DNA from: an uncultured virus (IMG/VR IMGVR_UViG_3300001605_000013)
Taxonomy: Duplodnaviria > Heunggongvirae > Uroviricota > Caudoviricetes
DNA length: 64,000 nucleotides
IMG/VR virus record: IMGVR_UViG_3300001605_000013
Coordinates: 1 to 64,000 of that record
Direction: 5' to 3' (one strand)
The notes beneath the pieces were generated by a model that saw only the letters and a program-made list of their open reading frames with translations, had not been told where the DNA came from and made no database searches. Shown here in pieces: positions 44,741 through 54,993 of this stretch; within the stretch, counting starts at the first letter, position 1; each line of letters opens with the position of its first letter. The position numbers were made by a program, and so were the translations under genes.

Positions 44741-45949
44741 TCTTGAAGCAAAGACTTTATCGGCGGTACTAAATGACAAACAAGTTCATGTTTTACTGCA
44801 AGCAAATGTAGATACACTACTAAGGACTCATAATGACATTTGGGATTTTACCAGAAACTATTATGAGCAAAATCAAACAGTTCCCCCAATAAATATTGTT
44901 AAGCAAGAGTTCCCAGACTTTGACTATATTGTAGAGACTGGTGCAACTAAGCATCACCTAGAAGAGCTACGTCAAGAATATCTTGTTGACAATGTAAAGA
45001 TGATGCTGAGGTCTGCTGCCACAGACATTCAAGACGGTCATGCAGCAGACGCACTTGACAGACTTATATCAGAAACAGCAAACATTAAGCGGGTTACATC
45101 TACGGTTAGAGATCTAGATGTTGCAAACACTGACGATGCTGTTTCATACTTTGAACAAATAAAGGCACAACAGGAAGCGGGAACTCATGGAATCTATACA
45201 GGACTCGCAGGATTCGACAACTACCTTCCTGCAGGAATTACGCCAGGTCAGCTGGGTGTCCTTTTGGCTTATCCTGCTATTGGTAAATCTTGGATGGCTT
45301 TGTATCTCGCTGTTCAGGCTTGGAAAAATGGCAAGTCACCGTTAATTGTCTCACTTGAAATGACTGAATCAGAAGTAAGGAATAGAATTTTTACAATCCT
45401 TGGTAATGGAATGTGGAGTCATAGAAAACTATACGTTCTGGAAAAGTGGAGATTGATATGTTCAAAAAGTGGCATGAAAAGACATTTGAAGGCAAGCCTG
45501 CTATGCATATTATCTCCAATGAGGGTATTGGTGAAGTTTCTCCATCAGTTTTACGAGGGAAGATAGATCAATATCATCCAGACATTGTTTTTGTAGATTA
45601 CCTCAACCTTATGACCAGCAATCAGAAAACAGACAATGAAGTAGTTAAGATGAAAAATCTTAGTCGTGAATTAAAACTTCTCGCTATCTCAGAGCAAATT
45701 CCAATTGTTGCTATTTCATCTGCCACCCCTGATGATGTGACCGATATGAATAGCGTTCCAACTCTTGGACAAACATCTTGGTCACGACAGATTGCCTACG
45801 ATGCTGACTGGCTTTTAGCACTTGGAAGAGCAGCAAATAGTGATGTTTTAGAAGCAGTCTTTCGAAAGAACAGAAATGGATTTTTGGGAGAATTTGTTGT
45901 TCAGGTAGACTTTGACAGTGGTCGATTTGTTTACAAAGATTTCGAGTAA
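44733..45949 (+). CDS. dnaB: DnaB-like replicative helicase (indels at ~45430-45445)
   Basis: Walker A AYPAIGKS, SLEM; second ORF VFVDYLNLM, SRELKLLA, IAYDAD, KNRNG. Confidence 0.9.
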
Positions 45950-45969
45950 AGTGCTGTATAATTTAACAT

Positions 45970-46305
45970 ATGAACTACCTTCACAAAAGAATAAAAAGAT
46001 TTGAGTTGTCTGGACAGATACTTGATGATATTTTTATTCCAAGAATGAGGGAAGAATATATAAGACTTTTATCTGAATCTATGAAGGAAACTGGATATGT
46101 TCCTAGATTTGACATAGACCCCGATTGGTCGCTATCATATACAGGTAATTATTATGAATTTACATTAAGCGTATACGGATCATATATAGGAAAGAGAAAT
46201 GCCGCATGTATAGACGGTTTAGACAGGAACCGACCAATATATACTCCTCAGAACAAATTAGAAGAGTCATCACTGGATCGGGAATCGACATTGAATCAGA
46301 AGTAG
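45970..46305 (+). CDS. Hypothetical protein
   Basis: TATAAT 7 nt upstream; overlaps primase ORF by 100 nt. Confidence 0.6.
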   Translation: MNYLHKRIKRFELSGQILDDIFIPRMREEYIRLLSESMKETGYVPRFDIDPDWSLSYTGNYYEFTLSVYGSYIGKRNAACIDGLDRNRPIYTPQNKLEESSLDRESTLNQK

Positions 46306-47150
46306 ATTCCGACTACCTGATTTTCTGTCCATATCACAACAACTATCGAACTCCTGCGGGGGAAGTGAGTAAAGAAAGAGGAACATTCTTTTGTTTCTCA
46401 TGTCATGAATCAAGATCACTAGTAGATCTCGTAATGCATATAACACAAAAATCATACTTTGAGGCATCAAGATTTATAGATTCCGCCAAAACAGAAACAG
46501 ACTTGCTGGGAAGCTTAGACAACATACTTAAAGAAAAAGTTGATTATGTTGCATATGATGAGGTTCAGATAAAAAGATTAAACAATCAAGCCTTAGAGTC
46601 TCCAAGGGCAGTTAGATACTTTGAGGGAAGAAGAATAACCATTGATTCAATAAATAAGTTTTCCCTGGGATTTAGCGAAAAGCAAGACATGATTACCGTT
46701 CCTATGCAGTCCCCTGATGGATCTATGTTTGTTGGATTCGTTGCTCGAAGCATTGAGGGTAAAGACTTTAAGAATACCCCCAACCTTCCTAAATCTAAGA
46801 TTCTTTTCAACTTGCATCGTGCCAAGAGATATGATACAGTTTATGTCGTGGAGTCCTCATTTGATGCTATAAGGTTAGATCAATGTGGTCTAGCAGCGGT
46901 AGCCTCACTGGGGTCAAACATTTCTAAGTTTCAGATAGAGCTATTGACAAAGAGCTTCAATTCTGTTATAGTTATACCTGATAACGATGATGCTGGCAAA
47001 AATATGGCAGATAAGATCATCAAAAATATGGGCAAAAGAGCTAATGCTTTTTTCCTACCAAATAGATTCAAAGATATTGGCGACATGACAGATGCCGATA
47101 TAGAGCAATTAACTATAAAGACCAGCGACCCATTGCTGGCAATGTATTAA
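46206..47150 (+). CDS. DNA primase (zinc finger + TOPRIM)
   Basis: CPYH...FFCFSC; VVESSFDA, LGS, PDNDDAG, KDIGD. Confidence 0.9.
   Translation: MYRRFRQEPTNIYSSEQIRRVITGSGIDIESEVDSDYLIFCPYHNNYRTPAGEVSKERGTFFCFSCHESRSLVDLVMHITQKSYFEASRFIDSAKTETDLLGSLDNILKEKVDYVAYDEVQIKRLNNQALESPRAVRYFEGRRITIDSINKFSLGFSEKQDMITVPMQSPDGSMFVGFVARSIEGKDFKNTPNLPKSKILFNLHRAKRYDTVYVVESSFDAIRLDQCGLAAVASLGSNISKFQIELLTKSFNSVIVIPDNDDAGKNMADKIIKNMGKRANAFFLPNRFKDIGDMTDADIEQLTIKTSDPLLAMY
46944..46972 (+). promoter_or_regulatory. Sigma-70-type promoter inside primase gene (likely for ssb)
   Basis: TTGACA-17 nt-TATAGT with extended TG. Confidence 0.55.
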
Positions 47151-47176
47151 TATAAAAATATAAGGAGTGTATTATT

Positions 47177-47830
47177 ATGGGTATTATGAAAGGGCTAAAA
47201 GCCATGGAATCACTTGAACGACCAACGGCATCAGAAGGCGGAGCAAAAGTTCGTTGGCTTAAGCTAGACGATGGTCAAAGCGCAAAGGTTCGTTTTGTTA
47301 ATGAGCTAGATGAAGATTCTCCAAACTTTGATGCAGCGAGAGATCTAGCAATTGTTGTGTCAGAGCACACAAATCCAAAGGATTATAAGCGCAAGGCTGT
47401 TTGCACTATGGACAGCGAAGGACGTTGCTTTGGCTGTGAGATGGCTCGTAAGGAGCCTAAGAGTGGATGGAGAGCACGCTTCCGTTTCTACACCAACCTT
47501 TTGGTTGATGACGGATTGGAAGATCCATACGTTGCCGTATGGTCACAGGGTGTAGGAAAACAATCTGCATTCAACACTCTTAAGGAATACGCAATTGAAA
47601 CTGGTTCAATCAGTAACCGTGTCTGGCGTATGAAGAGGCAGGGGAGTGGAACAGATACCACATATATTCTTCTCCCAGGAGATCCAGATACCGATAAGCA
47701 TGATTGGTCTGGCGTTGAGCCATTCAATCTTGAGAAGGTAGTCCGTGAAGTAACATATGCTGAACAAGAATCCTTTTATCTAGGATTTGATGCACCTGCA
47801 TCAAGCAATACTGCCAACATTGATTGGTAA
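47177..47830 (+). CDS. Single-stranded DNA-binding protein (gp32-like, Zn-binding)
   Basis: WLKLDDGQSAKVRF, H...C...CFGC, KRQGSGTDTTY, acidic/aromatic end; between primase and polymerase. Confidence 0.7.
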   Translation: MGIMKGLKAMESLERPTASEGGAKVRWLKLDDGQSAKVRFVNELDEDSPNFDAARDLAIVVSEHTNPKDYKRKAVCTMDSEGRCFGCEMARKEPKSGWRARFRFYTNLLVDDGLEDPYVAVWSQGVGKQSAFNTLKEYAIETGSISNRVWRMKRQGSGTDTTYILLPGDPDTDKHDWSGVEPFNLEKVVREVTYAEQESFYLGFDAPASSNTANIDW

Positions 47831-47837
47831 TTAGGCT

Positions 47838-47948
47838 GGTAGGAGGGTATACTCCATCGTGTTGAATTTCGCAGAACTTAGGATGGTTGTAGTTAGTCGG
47901 CTGAGCGAGGTTGAAATACAGCATAGAAGTTGCCCTCCTACCTTTTTT
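47838..47948 (+). ncRNA. Candidate structured RNA (multi-stem junction, loop-loop pairing, U-tract)
   Basis: 12-bp closing stem, two inner stems, 8-bp inter-loop complementarity, T6. Confidence 0.55.
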
Positions 47949-47971
47949 ACTATTAGATAAGGATATTATTA

Positions 47972-50900
47972 ATGCATAATTACGTTCCTCTCCATGTACA
48001 CACTCACTATTCTCAAATGGATGGTGTAGCAACACCTGAAGAGTATGTTGACAAGGCAATAGAAAATAAGATGTCAGCAATAGCAATTACAGATCACGGA
48101 ACTCTTTCTGGTCATAGACCAATGTATCGTGCTGCAAAATCTGGGGGAATAAAGCCAATTCTTGGAATTGAAGGATATATCACTGCTGATCGTTTTGATA
48201 GGCGTGACAAGAAAGAGCGAACCACACCACTAGATCTTATTTATAATCATATTGTTATTCTTGCAAAGAATGATATTGGTTTAGAAAACTTGGGAAAGCT
48301 TAATGAGATTGCTTGGAATGAAGGATTTTATCGTAAGCCAAGAATTGATTTTGAGTTATTAGAAAAATATCGTGAAGGTCTTATTGTTTCTTCCGCCTGT
48401 ATGTCAGGATTGATCAACAAAGCAATTGAAGTTGATGACTATGCAGCAGCAAAAGCTCATCTAAAGTGGTTTGGGGATAGGTTTGGGGAAGATTTTTATG
48501 TTGAGGTTATGCCACATAATAGCGAGGGTATGAATAAGGCTCTTATGGAGTTAGCAGATGCAGCAGGTCATAAGATCATTGTTACCCCAGACTGTCATCA
48601 TGCTACGGTAGATCAAAAAGTAATTCAAGAAATTATGCTTATTAATAATACCCATGCTAAGTTTCAAAAAGATGTCACATATGATAAGTCTCGAAAGATT
48701 GATGATCCTATGAAGAGACTTGATTATCTTTATGGTGAAGATAGAATGATGAGCTTTAACAAATTTGACATTCACTTGCTTTCAGGAGATGAGATGCATG
48801 AAGCTATGGGTATAGACTCTCGTCCAGATATGTTTTCAAATACCCTTGAGATTGCAGACAAGGTGGAAGAATACACTATTCACAGAAACCTAAATCTTCT
48901 TCCAGTTGAGCACAAAGATCCAGATGCTCAGATTAGAAAGTATGCAGAATCTTGGTTAAAAGAAAATAATTTAGATACAAATCAAGAGTATATAGATAGA
49001 TTAAATGAAGAGTTGGATATTATCAAGCAAAAGAATTTTGCATCCTATTTCATCGTTGTTCAGAATATGCTGAACTGGGCAAAGACTAACGACATTATGG
49101 TTGGTCCAGGTCGTGGATCAAGTGCAGGATCTTTAGTTTGCTATGCCCTTGGAATTACAGATGTTGATCCAATTAAGCATGGACTTTTGTTCTTCCGATT
49201 TATTGATGTTGATCGAGATGATATGCCAGATATCGACTCTGATATTCAAGACAGCCGCCGTGAAGAGGTAAAGGAATACTTGGAAAGGCAGTATAAGCAT
49301 GTTGCATCAATCGCAACCTTCCTTCAGTTTAAAGACAAGGGAGTCGTTAGAGATGTATCTCGTTGTTTCAATGTTCCACTTTCTGATGTCAATCGTGCGC
49401 TTAAGACAGTGGATACATGGGAAGAATTTATAACTTCTAAGAATACCTTGTGGTTTAGAGACAAGTATCCAGAAGTAGAAGTATATGCAGACAAGTTGCG
49501 TGGTCGTATTAGAGGCACAGGAGTCCATGCAGCAGGCGTAGTGACATCAAAACTTCCTATTAGCAGAATTGCTCCAATGGAGACTAGAAACGTCACAGGG
49601 AGCGATGTAAGGCTTCCTGTGGTAGCGGTAGATATGGATGAGGCAGCAGACATTGGTCTGATTAAGATTGATGCTTTGGGTCTTAAAACTCTTACAGTCC
49701 TAAACGATACTTTGTCTATCATAAAAGATAGGACTGGAAAAAGACCAGAGCTTAAATCAATAAACATGGAAGATCCAAATGTATACAACATGCTTTCTGA
49801 TGGTCACACCAAGGGAGTCTTTCAGTGTGAAGCAACTCCCTATACAAATTTGCTGGTAAAAATGGGTGTTAGAAAGTTTGATGAATTGGTTGCATCCAAC
49901 GCTCTTGTTCGTCCAGGAGCAATGAATACCATCGGAAAAGAATATATTGCCAGAAAGCAGGGTAAAAAGGGTATAACGTATGCAAGTCCAATTATGAAAG
50001 AGTTTACAGAAGATACATACGGTACAATTCTTTATCAGGAACAAGTTATGCTTGCTTGTACAAAGTTGGGCGGTATGACTATGGGACAGGCCAATAAGGT
50101 AAGAAAGATTATTGGTAAGAAAAAGGATGCAACAGAATTTGATGAGTTCAAAGAGTTATTTGTTCGGAATGCAACTGGGCCACTTGGTGGGTCGGCAGCT
50201 GAAAAGATGTGGCATGACTTTGAAGCCCACGCAGGGTACTCATTCAATAAATCTCATGCGGTCGCTTACTCAACTGTGTCGTATTGGACGGCGTGGTTAA
50301 AGTATTATTATCCCTTAGAGTTTATGTTTGCTCTTTTAAAGAATGAAAAAGATAAAGATGCTCGTACAGAGTATTTGATTGAGGCAAAAAGAATGGGAAT
50401 TCCGTTAAGATTGCCACATGTCAATGATTCTGATATTGATTTTAAAATTGAAGGGAAAGGAATACGTTTTGGGTTGGCTAGCATTAAGTTTATTTCTGAT
50501 AAGATTGCTGGGCGTTATATTGAATCACGGCCTTTTAGAAGCTTTAAAGATGTTGAAGAGTTTACGTTTACAAAGGGAAATGGGGTAAACAGCAGAGCTC
50601 TAGCATCCATGAATGCAATTGGTGCTTTGACATTTCCAGATAATCCACGGGATGATAATAAGGTTAAAGAAAACATGTATGAGTACCTTAATCTTCCAGA
50701 ATTTAACATTCAGGTTCCACAGCACTATCATGCATATATAAACTCAATAGATGAGTTTGATGAAAAGGGAGCATTCATTTTAATGGGTGTTGTCAGAAGT
50801 ATTAAGAGAGGCAAGGGCTGGAGCAGGGTAGATATCCTTGACTCCACAGGATCAATAGGAGTGTTTGATGAAGAAGAGACATCCATCGAAGCAGGCCGCA

Positions 50901-51241
50901 CTTATATTATTCTTGTTGGATCTAACAGGATCGTTGAGGCGATACCTGTGGAAGAGATACGAGAGAGTAAGTCAGCGTTGGTACGCTTCCTAAATTACAA
51001 GCAATTGCCATATGGACAAGATGAGTATTTTGTGTTAGCATTTAAGTCAAGGATTACGAAAGCTGGAAAAAGGATGGGGTCGCTCATTCTGGTTGACTTT
51101 GGAAGAGATCTTCTTAGCTTGGTTGTATTCCCAAGCACATTTCCAAAGGCATATGTTGGATTACAAGAAGGATCTGCATATAAAATTGATTACAGCGTAA
51201 ATAAAGATGAAGATCTTATTTTTCAGGATATCTTAGTATAA
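47972..51241 (+). CDS. dnaE: DNA polymerase III alpha subunit (family C)
   Basis: PHP LHVHTHYSQMDG, AITDHG; GPGRGSSAGSL; MPDIDSD; GVHAAG; KIDALGL; YSFNKSHA. Confidence 0.97.
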   Translation: MHNYVPLHVHTHYSQMDGVATPEEYVDKAIENKMSAIAITDHGTLSGHRPMYRAAKSGGIKPILGIEGYITADRFDRRDKKERTTPLDLIYNHIVILAKNDIGLENLGKLNEIAWNEGFYRKPRIDFELLEKYREGLIVSSACMSGLINKAIEVDDYAAAKAHLKWFGDRFGEDFYVEVMPHNSEGMNKALMELADAAGHKIIVTPDCHHATVDQKVIQEIMLINNTHAKFQKDVTYDKSRKIDDPMKRLDYLYGEDRMMSFNKFDIHLLSGDEMHEAMGIDSRPDMFSNTLEIADKVEEYTIHRNLNLLPVEHKDPDAQIRKYAESWLKENNLDTNQEYIDRLNEELDIIKQKNFASYFIVVQNMLNWAKTNDIMVGPGRGSSAGSLVCYALGITDVDPIKHGLLFFRFIDVDRDDMPDIDSDIQDSRREEVKEYLERQYKHVASIATFLQFKDKGVVRDVSRCFNVPLSDVNRALKTVDTWEEFITSKNTLWFRDKYPEVEVYADKLRGRIRGTGVHAAGVVTSKLPISRIAPMETRNVTGSDVRLPVVAVDMDEAADIGLIKIDALGLKTLTVLNDTLSIIKDRTGKRPELKSINMEDPNVYNMLSDGHTKGVFQCEATPYTNLLVKMGVRKFDELVASNALVRPGAMNTIGKEYIARKQGKKGITYASPIMKEFTEDTYGTILYQEQVMLACTKLGGMTMGQANKVRKIIGKKKDATEFDEFKELFVRNATGPLGGSAAEKMWHDFEAHAGYSFNKSHAVAYSTVSYWTAWLKYYYPLEFMFALLKNEKDKDARTEYLIEAKRMGIPLRLPHVNDSDIDFKIEGKGIRFGLASIKFISDKIAGRYIESRPFRSFKDVEEFTFTKGNGVNSRALASMNAIGALTFPDNPRDDNKVKENMYEYLNLPEFNIQVPQHYHAYINSIDEFDEKGAFILMGVVRSIKRGKGWSRVDILDSTGSIGVFDEEETSIEAGRTYIILVGSNRIVEAIPVEEIRESKSALVRFLNYKQLPYGQDEYFVLAFKSRITKAGKRMGSLILVDFGRDLLSLVVFPSTFPKAYVGLQEGSAYKIDYSVNKDEDLIFQDILV

Positions 51242-51283
51242 CGAATGCTAAACTACAAAAAGCATTTGTGATATAATTTATAT

Positions 51284-51844
51284 ATGAAATATTTACCAGA
51301 AATAGACAAAGGAAGCACGGTTGGAACTATACTAATAACTAATCGTCAATTAGAAAAACATTACTCTAGAACTGCAACTTTTTTTTACGGAGTCTGTCAG
51401 ATATGCAACAAAGAAAAAAGGTTGATATCATCTCATGTTGGTCAAATTTTATTGGGAAGGGGAACTGGATGTAGGTGTTCTACAAGAAGCACAGATACAG
51501 AACCAGAATATAAATGGAGGTATCAGAGTTATAAACAATCAGCAAGAAAAAGAAATCTTGAATGGGATATAAGTTATCAGCAATTTATTGACATAACTCA
51601 GAAAAACTGTTATTATTGTGGTGAAGAGCCAGAAATGAGGCCATCACATGGAAAAAGATGGGACTTTAAGTTTCCAATGTCTGGGATAGATAGAGTAGAT
51701 TCTAAAATAGGTTACAAATCGAACAACGTAGTTGCTTGTTGTTCATATTGTAATCAAGCAAAATGGGATCACGAGGTACAAGATTTTTTACTATGGGTAA
51801 AGAAGATATACACACACCAATTTCAGGAGGTAGTTGTAGCGTGA
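51284..51844 (+). CDS. Putative HNH-family endonuclease
   Basis: CYYCG...GIDRVDSKIGYKSNNVVACCSYCNQAK. Confidence 0.78.
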   Translation: MKYLPEIDKGSTVGTILITNRQLEKHYSRTATFFYGVCQICNKEKRLISSHVGQILLGRGTGCRCSTRSTDTEPEYKWRYQSYKQSARKRNLEWDISYQQFIDITQKNCYYCGEEPEMRPSHGKRWDFKFPMSGIDRVDSKIGYKSNNVVACCSYCNQAKWDHEVQDFLLWVKKIYTHQFQEVVVA

Positions 51845-52170
51845 CGTTAGACAATATGGCAAAAATGATACACAAGAATGCAGTAGAAAAAGGTTTCTGG
51901 GAACCAAACACAGAAGAAAACCACACAATCTTCTATCTCAAGCAGATCGCTATGATTCACTCAGAGTGTTCTGAAGTTTTGGAGGCAATTAGAAAAGAAA
52001 AGGGTGACGGTCAAGTAGTAGAAGAGTTAGCGGATATCATTATCAGAACCCTTGATCTTTATGCTGGCTTAGTAAGAGATGGATATACAGATATTTCGTT
52101 GGATGAAACAATGACAAAGAAGATTGTGTTTAATTCTTCACGACCAGAAATGCATGGTGTGTTGGCGTGA
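51841..52170 (+). CDS. MazG-like NTP pyrophosphohydrolase
   Basis: IHSECSEVLEAIRK...VEELADIIIRTLD; AGGAGG before GTG 51841. Confidence 0.82.
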   Translation: MTLDNMAKMIHKNAVEKGFWEPNTEENHTIFYLKQIAMIHSECSEVLEAIRKEKGDGQVVEELADIIIRTLDLYAGLVRDGYTDISLDETMTKKIVFNSSRPEMHGVLA

Positions 52171-53177
52171 GCAATATTGATGAAATTCTAGCCAGTCTAA
52201 ATCCTAAGCTAAGAAAGAAGATAACTCTTGGCTCAGAAATGGCAGACACAGAGTTCGCAAAGACTCCAAGCTTTGGCCTTAATCGTGCCTTAAATGGTGG
52301 ATTTCCCTACGGTCGTCAGGTATTAGTCTGGGGAAACAAATCAAGTGGAAAGTCATCATTTTGCTTACAGTTAATTGCTCAAGCTCAACAAGAAGGAAAA
52401 GTTTGTGCATGGATAGATGCAGAGATGACATTCTCTCCAGAATGGGCAAAGGCTTTGGGGGTAGATCCAGAAAAGCTAATCGTTTCTACCGCCAGAACAA
52501 TGAACGATATGGTAGATGTAGGTACAGACCTTATGAAAGCTGGGGTAGATTTAATAGTTGTTGACAGTATTTCTGCTCTCCTACCTGCTATTTATTTTGA
52601 AAAAGATTCAACAGATTTAAAACAACTAGAGAACACCAAACAGATTGGCGCAGAAGCCAGAGATATGACCAATGCTGTCAAGATGCTTAACTACGCTAAT
52701 AATCAAGAAAAGCCAACCCTTCTGGTCTTGATTAGTCAGGCTCGCAACAATATTGGAGCCATGTATGTTAGTCAGCAACCAACAGGGGGAATGGCAACAA
52801 AATTCTATTCATCAACTATTGTTAAATTATTCTCATCAGAATCAGACAATCAGGCCATCAAGGGTAAGATATATGTTGGAGACAAGATAATTGAAGAAAA
52901 GGTTGGTCGTAAGGTACGTTGGGATGTCCAATTCTCAAAAACAAGTCCAGCATTTCAAACTGGAGAGTATGATTTTTACTTTAGAGGAGAAGACCTTGGG
53001 GTTGATTCTATTGCAGATCTTGTAGATACAGCAGAAATTCTGGGTTTTATTGAGAGAGCAGGAGCATGGTATACCTGCGAAGGAGAGAGATACCAGGGAA
53101 GAGAAAAACTTGTGCTTGGAGTAAAAGAAAATCTAGATATGCAGGAGTCTCTAATAAAGAAGGTAAATGGTGAATAA
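52167..53177 (+). CDS. recA: RecA/UvsX-like recombinase
   Basis: GGFPYGR, WGNKSSGKS, WIDAE, IVVDSISAL, IERAGAWY. Confidence 0.93.
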   Translation: MSNIDEILASLNPKLRKKITLGSEMADTEFAKTPSFGLNRALNGGFPYGRQVLVWGNKSSGKSSFCLQLIAQAQQEGKVCAWIDAEMTFSPEWAKALGVDPEKLIVSTARTMNDMVDVGTDLMKAGVDLIVVDSISALLPAIYFEKDSTDLKQLENTKQIGAEARDMTNAVKMLNYANNQEKPTLLVLISQARNNIGAMYVSQQPTGGMATKFYSSTIVKLFSSESDNQAIKGKIYVGDKIIEEKVGRKVRWDVQFSKTSPAFQTGEYDFYFRGEDLGVDSIADLVDTAEILGFIERAGAWYTCEGERYQGREKLVLGVKENLDMQESLIKKVNGE

Positions 53178-53328
53178 GTTTACGACATATAATGGAACTT
53201 TTGTTTGTCAGAACTGTGGAGAATCTGTGTATTCTTTAAGGCTTTGGTCTGACACCTTAGACTTAACATGGTTTTGTCAAAACAAACACACATCAAGAGT
53301 TTCTTTGGCAGTTAAGGGTTACAAGTGA
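53167..53328 (+). CDS. 53-aa zinc-finger-like protein
   Basis: Manual translation: MVNKFTTYNGTFVCQNCGESV...WFCQNKHTSRVSL; overlaps both neighbours. Confidence 0.65.
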   Translation: MVNKFTTYNGTFVCQNCGESVYSLRLWSDTLDLTWFCQNKHTSRVSLAVKGYK

Positions 53329-53624
53329 GTGAAAAAGGAGAAGCTAAAAGAATTGGAGCCAGACTACAAAAGAATAGTGGTCGGGGTAAGATTCAGAAAG
53401 GTGATGCTACATGGAAGAATTATGTTTTAGACTTTAAGGAATTCACCAAAAGCTTTAGCATCACACAAAATGTTTGGGCTAAGGTAGTAACAGATACATT
53501 AAAGGTAGATAGATCCAAGTCACCAGTCATAATGCTAGTACTTGATGGTAAGACCCGTCTTGCTATTATTGAGTGGTCAGAATTTGAAAGGTTGGTAGAT
53601 AATGACGAATCAGACACCCCTTGA
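53325..53624 (+). CDS. Small PD-(D/E)XK nuclease, Holliday junction resolvase-like
   Basis: E..RIGA...NSG....KGD......DFKE. Confidence 0.55.
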   Translation: MSEKGEAKRIGARLQKNSGRGKIQKGDATWKNYVLDFKEFTKSFSITQNVWAKVVTDTLKVDRSKSPVIMLVLDGKTRLAIIEWSEFERLVDNDESDTP

Positions 53625-53904
53625 ACAGATAAACGATCTGTATGAAATATCAGAGTATATGAATGATACAGAGCTTACCATAGCATTAGAGTTTATTGCA
53701 AAGACGATCTTTAAACCAGATATTCCTCAGAATGTTATATCGGTAGAACTTGTAAGGTTGCAAGCTATTGCTGCGAAAATGGCAATGAAAGCAACATGGA
53801 TGGCTAATGTTGACAAATCAGATAGAGCAAAAAAGAATATGTATTTTACTTGCTCAGAGCAAATAAATCTATTCTGTCAGACAATGAAGTACGCCCTCAA
53901 GTGA
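53602..53904 (+). CDS. Hypothetical helical protein
   Basis: Fills operon; overlaps upstream gene. Confidence 0.65.
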   Translation: MTNQTPLEQINDLYEISEYMNDTELTIALEFIAKTIFKPDIPQNVISVELVRLQAIAAKMAMKATWMANVDKSDRAKKNMYFTCSEQINLFCQTMKYALK

Positions 53905-53938
53905 TATAATTATCACCTAAAATGATAGGAAAATAAAA

Positions 53939-54706
53939 ATGGCTAAAAATTTTTTAAAGCAGGTAATAGATAAACAACCAGATAGCGCAATAGATACAAA
54001 AGCTTTTATCGAAAAGATTGAGTCTGGATATACTGTAAACAGAAAAACAGAGTTTAAGACAAAGAAAACATTCAGCCCCTCAACACTTGTTTATGGTAGT
54101 GGTGCTTGTGCTAGATATTGGTTCCTTGCCTTCTCTGGAACAGAGTTTCAAGATGATGTAGACGCATATTCTGCAGCTAACATGAAGAGCGGTATTGATG
54201 GACATGAAAGAATTCAAACCGCCATTGAGAATGCTGGAATCATGGTAGAAAAAGAAAAAAGAATTATAGCTCAAGACCCGCCCATCTTTGGATTTGCTGA
54301 TGCCGTAGTCCAGTGGGGGGAAGAGCAACCAGTAGTAGAAATTAAAACAATGAGGGAAGAATCGTTTGCTTATCGTAAGCACGCTAAGCCACCAAACTAC
54401 CACCTTATGCAGCTAATTATCTACATGAAGGTTCTTGGAAGAAAGCTAGGAATTCTTCTTTATGAGAACAAAAATTCGCATGAGCTTCATGCTATTACAG
54501 TAGAGCCTAAAGAAGAATATAAGGCTTGGGCAGACTATGCCTTTGAGTGGATGAAGAAGGTTCGGGCACAATGGGAAAGTGGAGACATTCCTAAGAAAAC
54601 TTACCGATCAAACTCGAAGGTATGCAAAGGTTGTCCAGTAAGAGATGCATGTGCCCTAGCAGCAACGGGAACAGTAAAGATTGAACCTTTGGAGTATCTT
54701 GCATGA
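53939..54706 (+). CDS. Cas4-like PD-(D/E)XK exonuclease
   Basis: SPS....CAR, G...H, GFADA, VEIKT, QLIIY, C-terminal CKGCPVRDAC. Confidence 0.8.
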   Translation: MAKNFLKQVIDKQPDSAIDTKAFIEKIESGYTVNRKTEFKTKKTFSPSTLVYGSGACARYWFLAFSGTEFQDDVDAYSAANMKSGIDGHERIQTAIENAGIMVEKEKRIIAQDPPIFGFADAVVQWGEEQPVVEIKTMREESFAYRKHAKPPNYHLMQLIIYMKVLGRKLGILLYENKNSHELHAITVEPKEEYKAWADYAFEWMKKVRAQWESGDIPKKTYRSNSKVCKGCPVRDACALAATGTVKIEPLEYLA

Positions 54707-54993
54707 AACTATGCAGCTGGTGTTCTAGTGAATTCCAGCCAAAAATAAGCTATCAGATTTATTGCACTGTAGAGTGTAGAGAAGAAGCTACCAAGAAAAA
54801 AATACAAGATAGATATCAAATTAATAGAATAAAAAATCGATCATCAAAGCAGCGAAAATGTTCTGGAGGATGTGGATCTTTTATATCTATATATAATGAA
54901 AATGGATTCTGTAACATATGTATGATAAACAAAAGAAAAGTTGATCAAATGCTAAAAGAACTTAAGGGGCTGTTTGAATATGAACAAGAATAG
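54703..54993 (+). CDS. Cys-rich zinc-finger protein
   Basis: CSWC, YCTVEC, CSGGC, FCNIC. Confidence 0.65.
   Translation: MKLCSWCSSEFQPKISYQIYCTVECREEATKKKIQDRYQINRIKNRSSKQRKCSGGCGSFISIYNENGFCNICMINKRKVDQMLKELKGLFEYEQE

Noticed and set aside
47838..47948. tRNA or hammerhead ribozyme
   Set aside because: No T-loop GTTC/cloverleaf; CTGAGCGA...GAAA is not arranged with the stems a hammerhead core requires.
10681..53177. Introns or inteins in nrdJ, dnaB, dnaE, recA
   Set aside because: Lengths are ordinary, motifs contiguous, and the endonucleases lie outside these genes.
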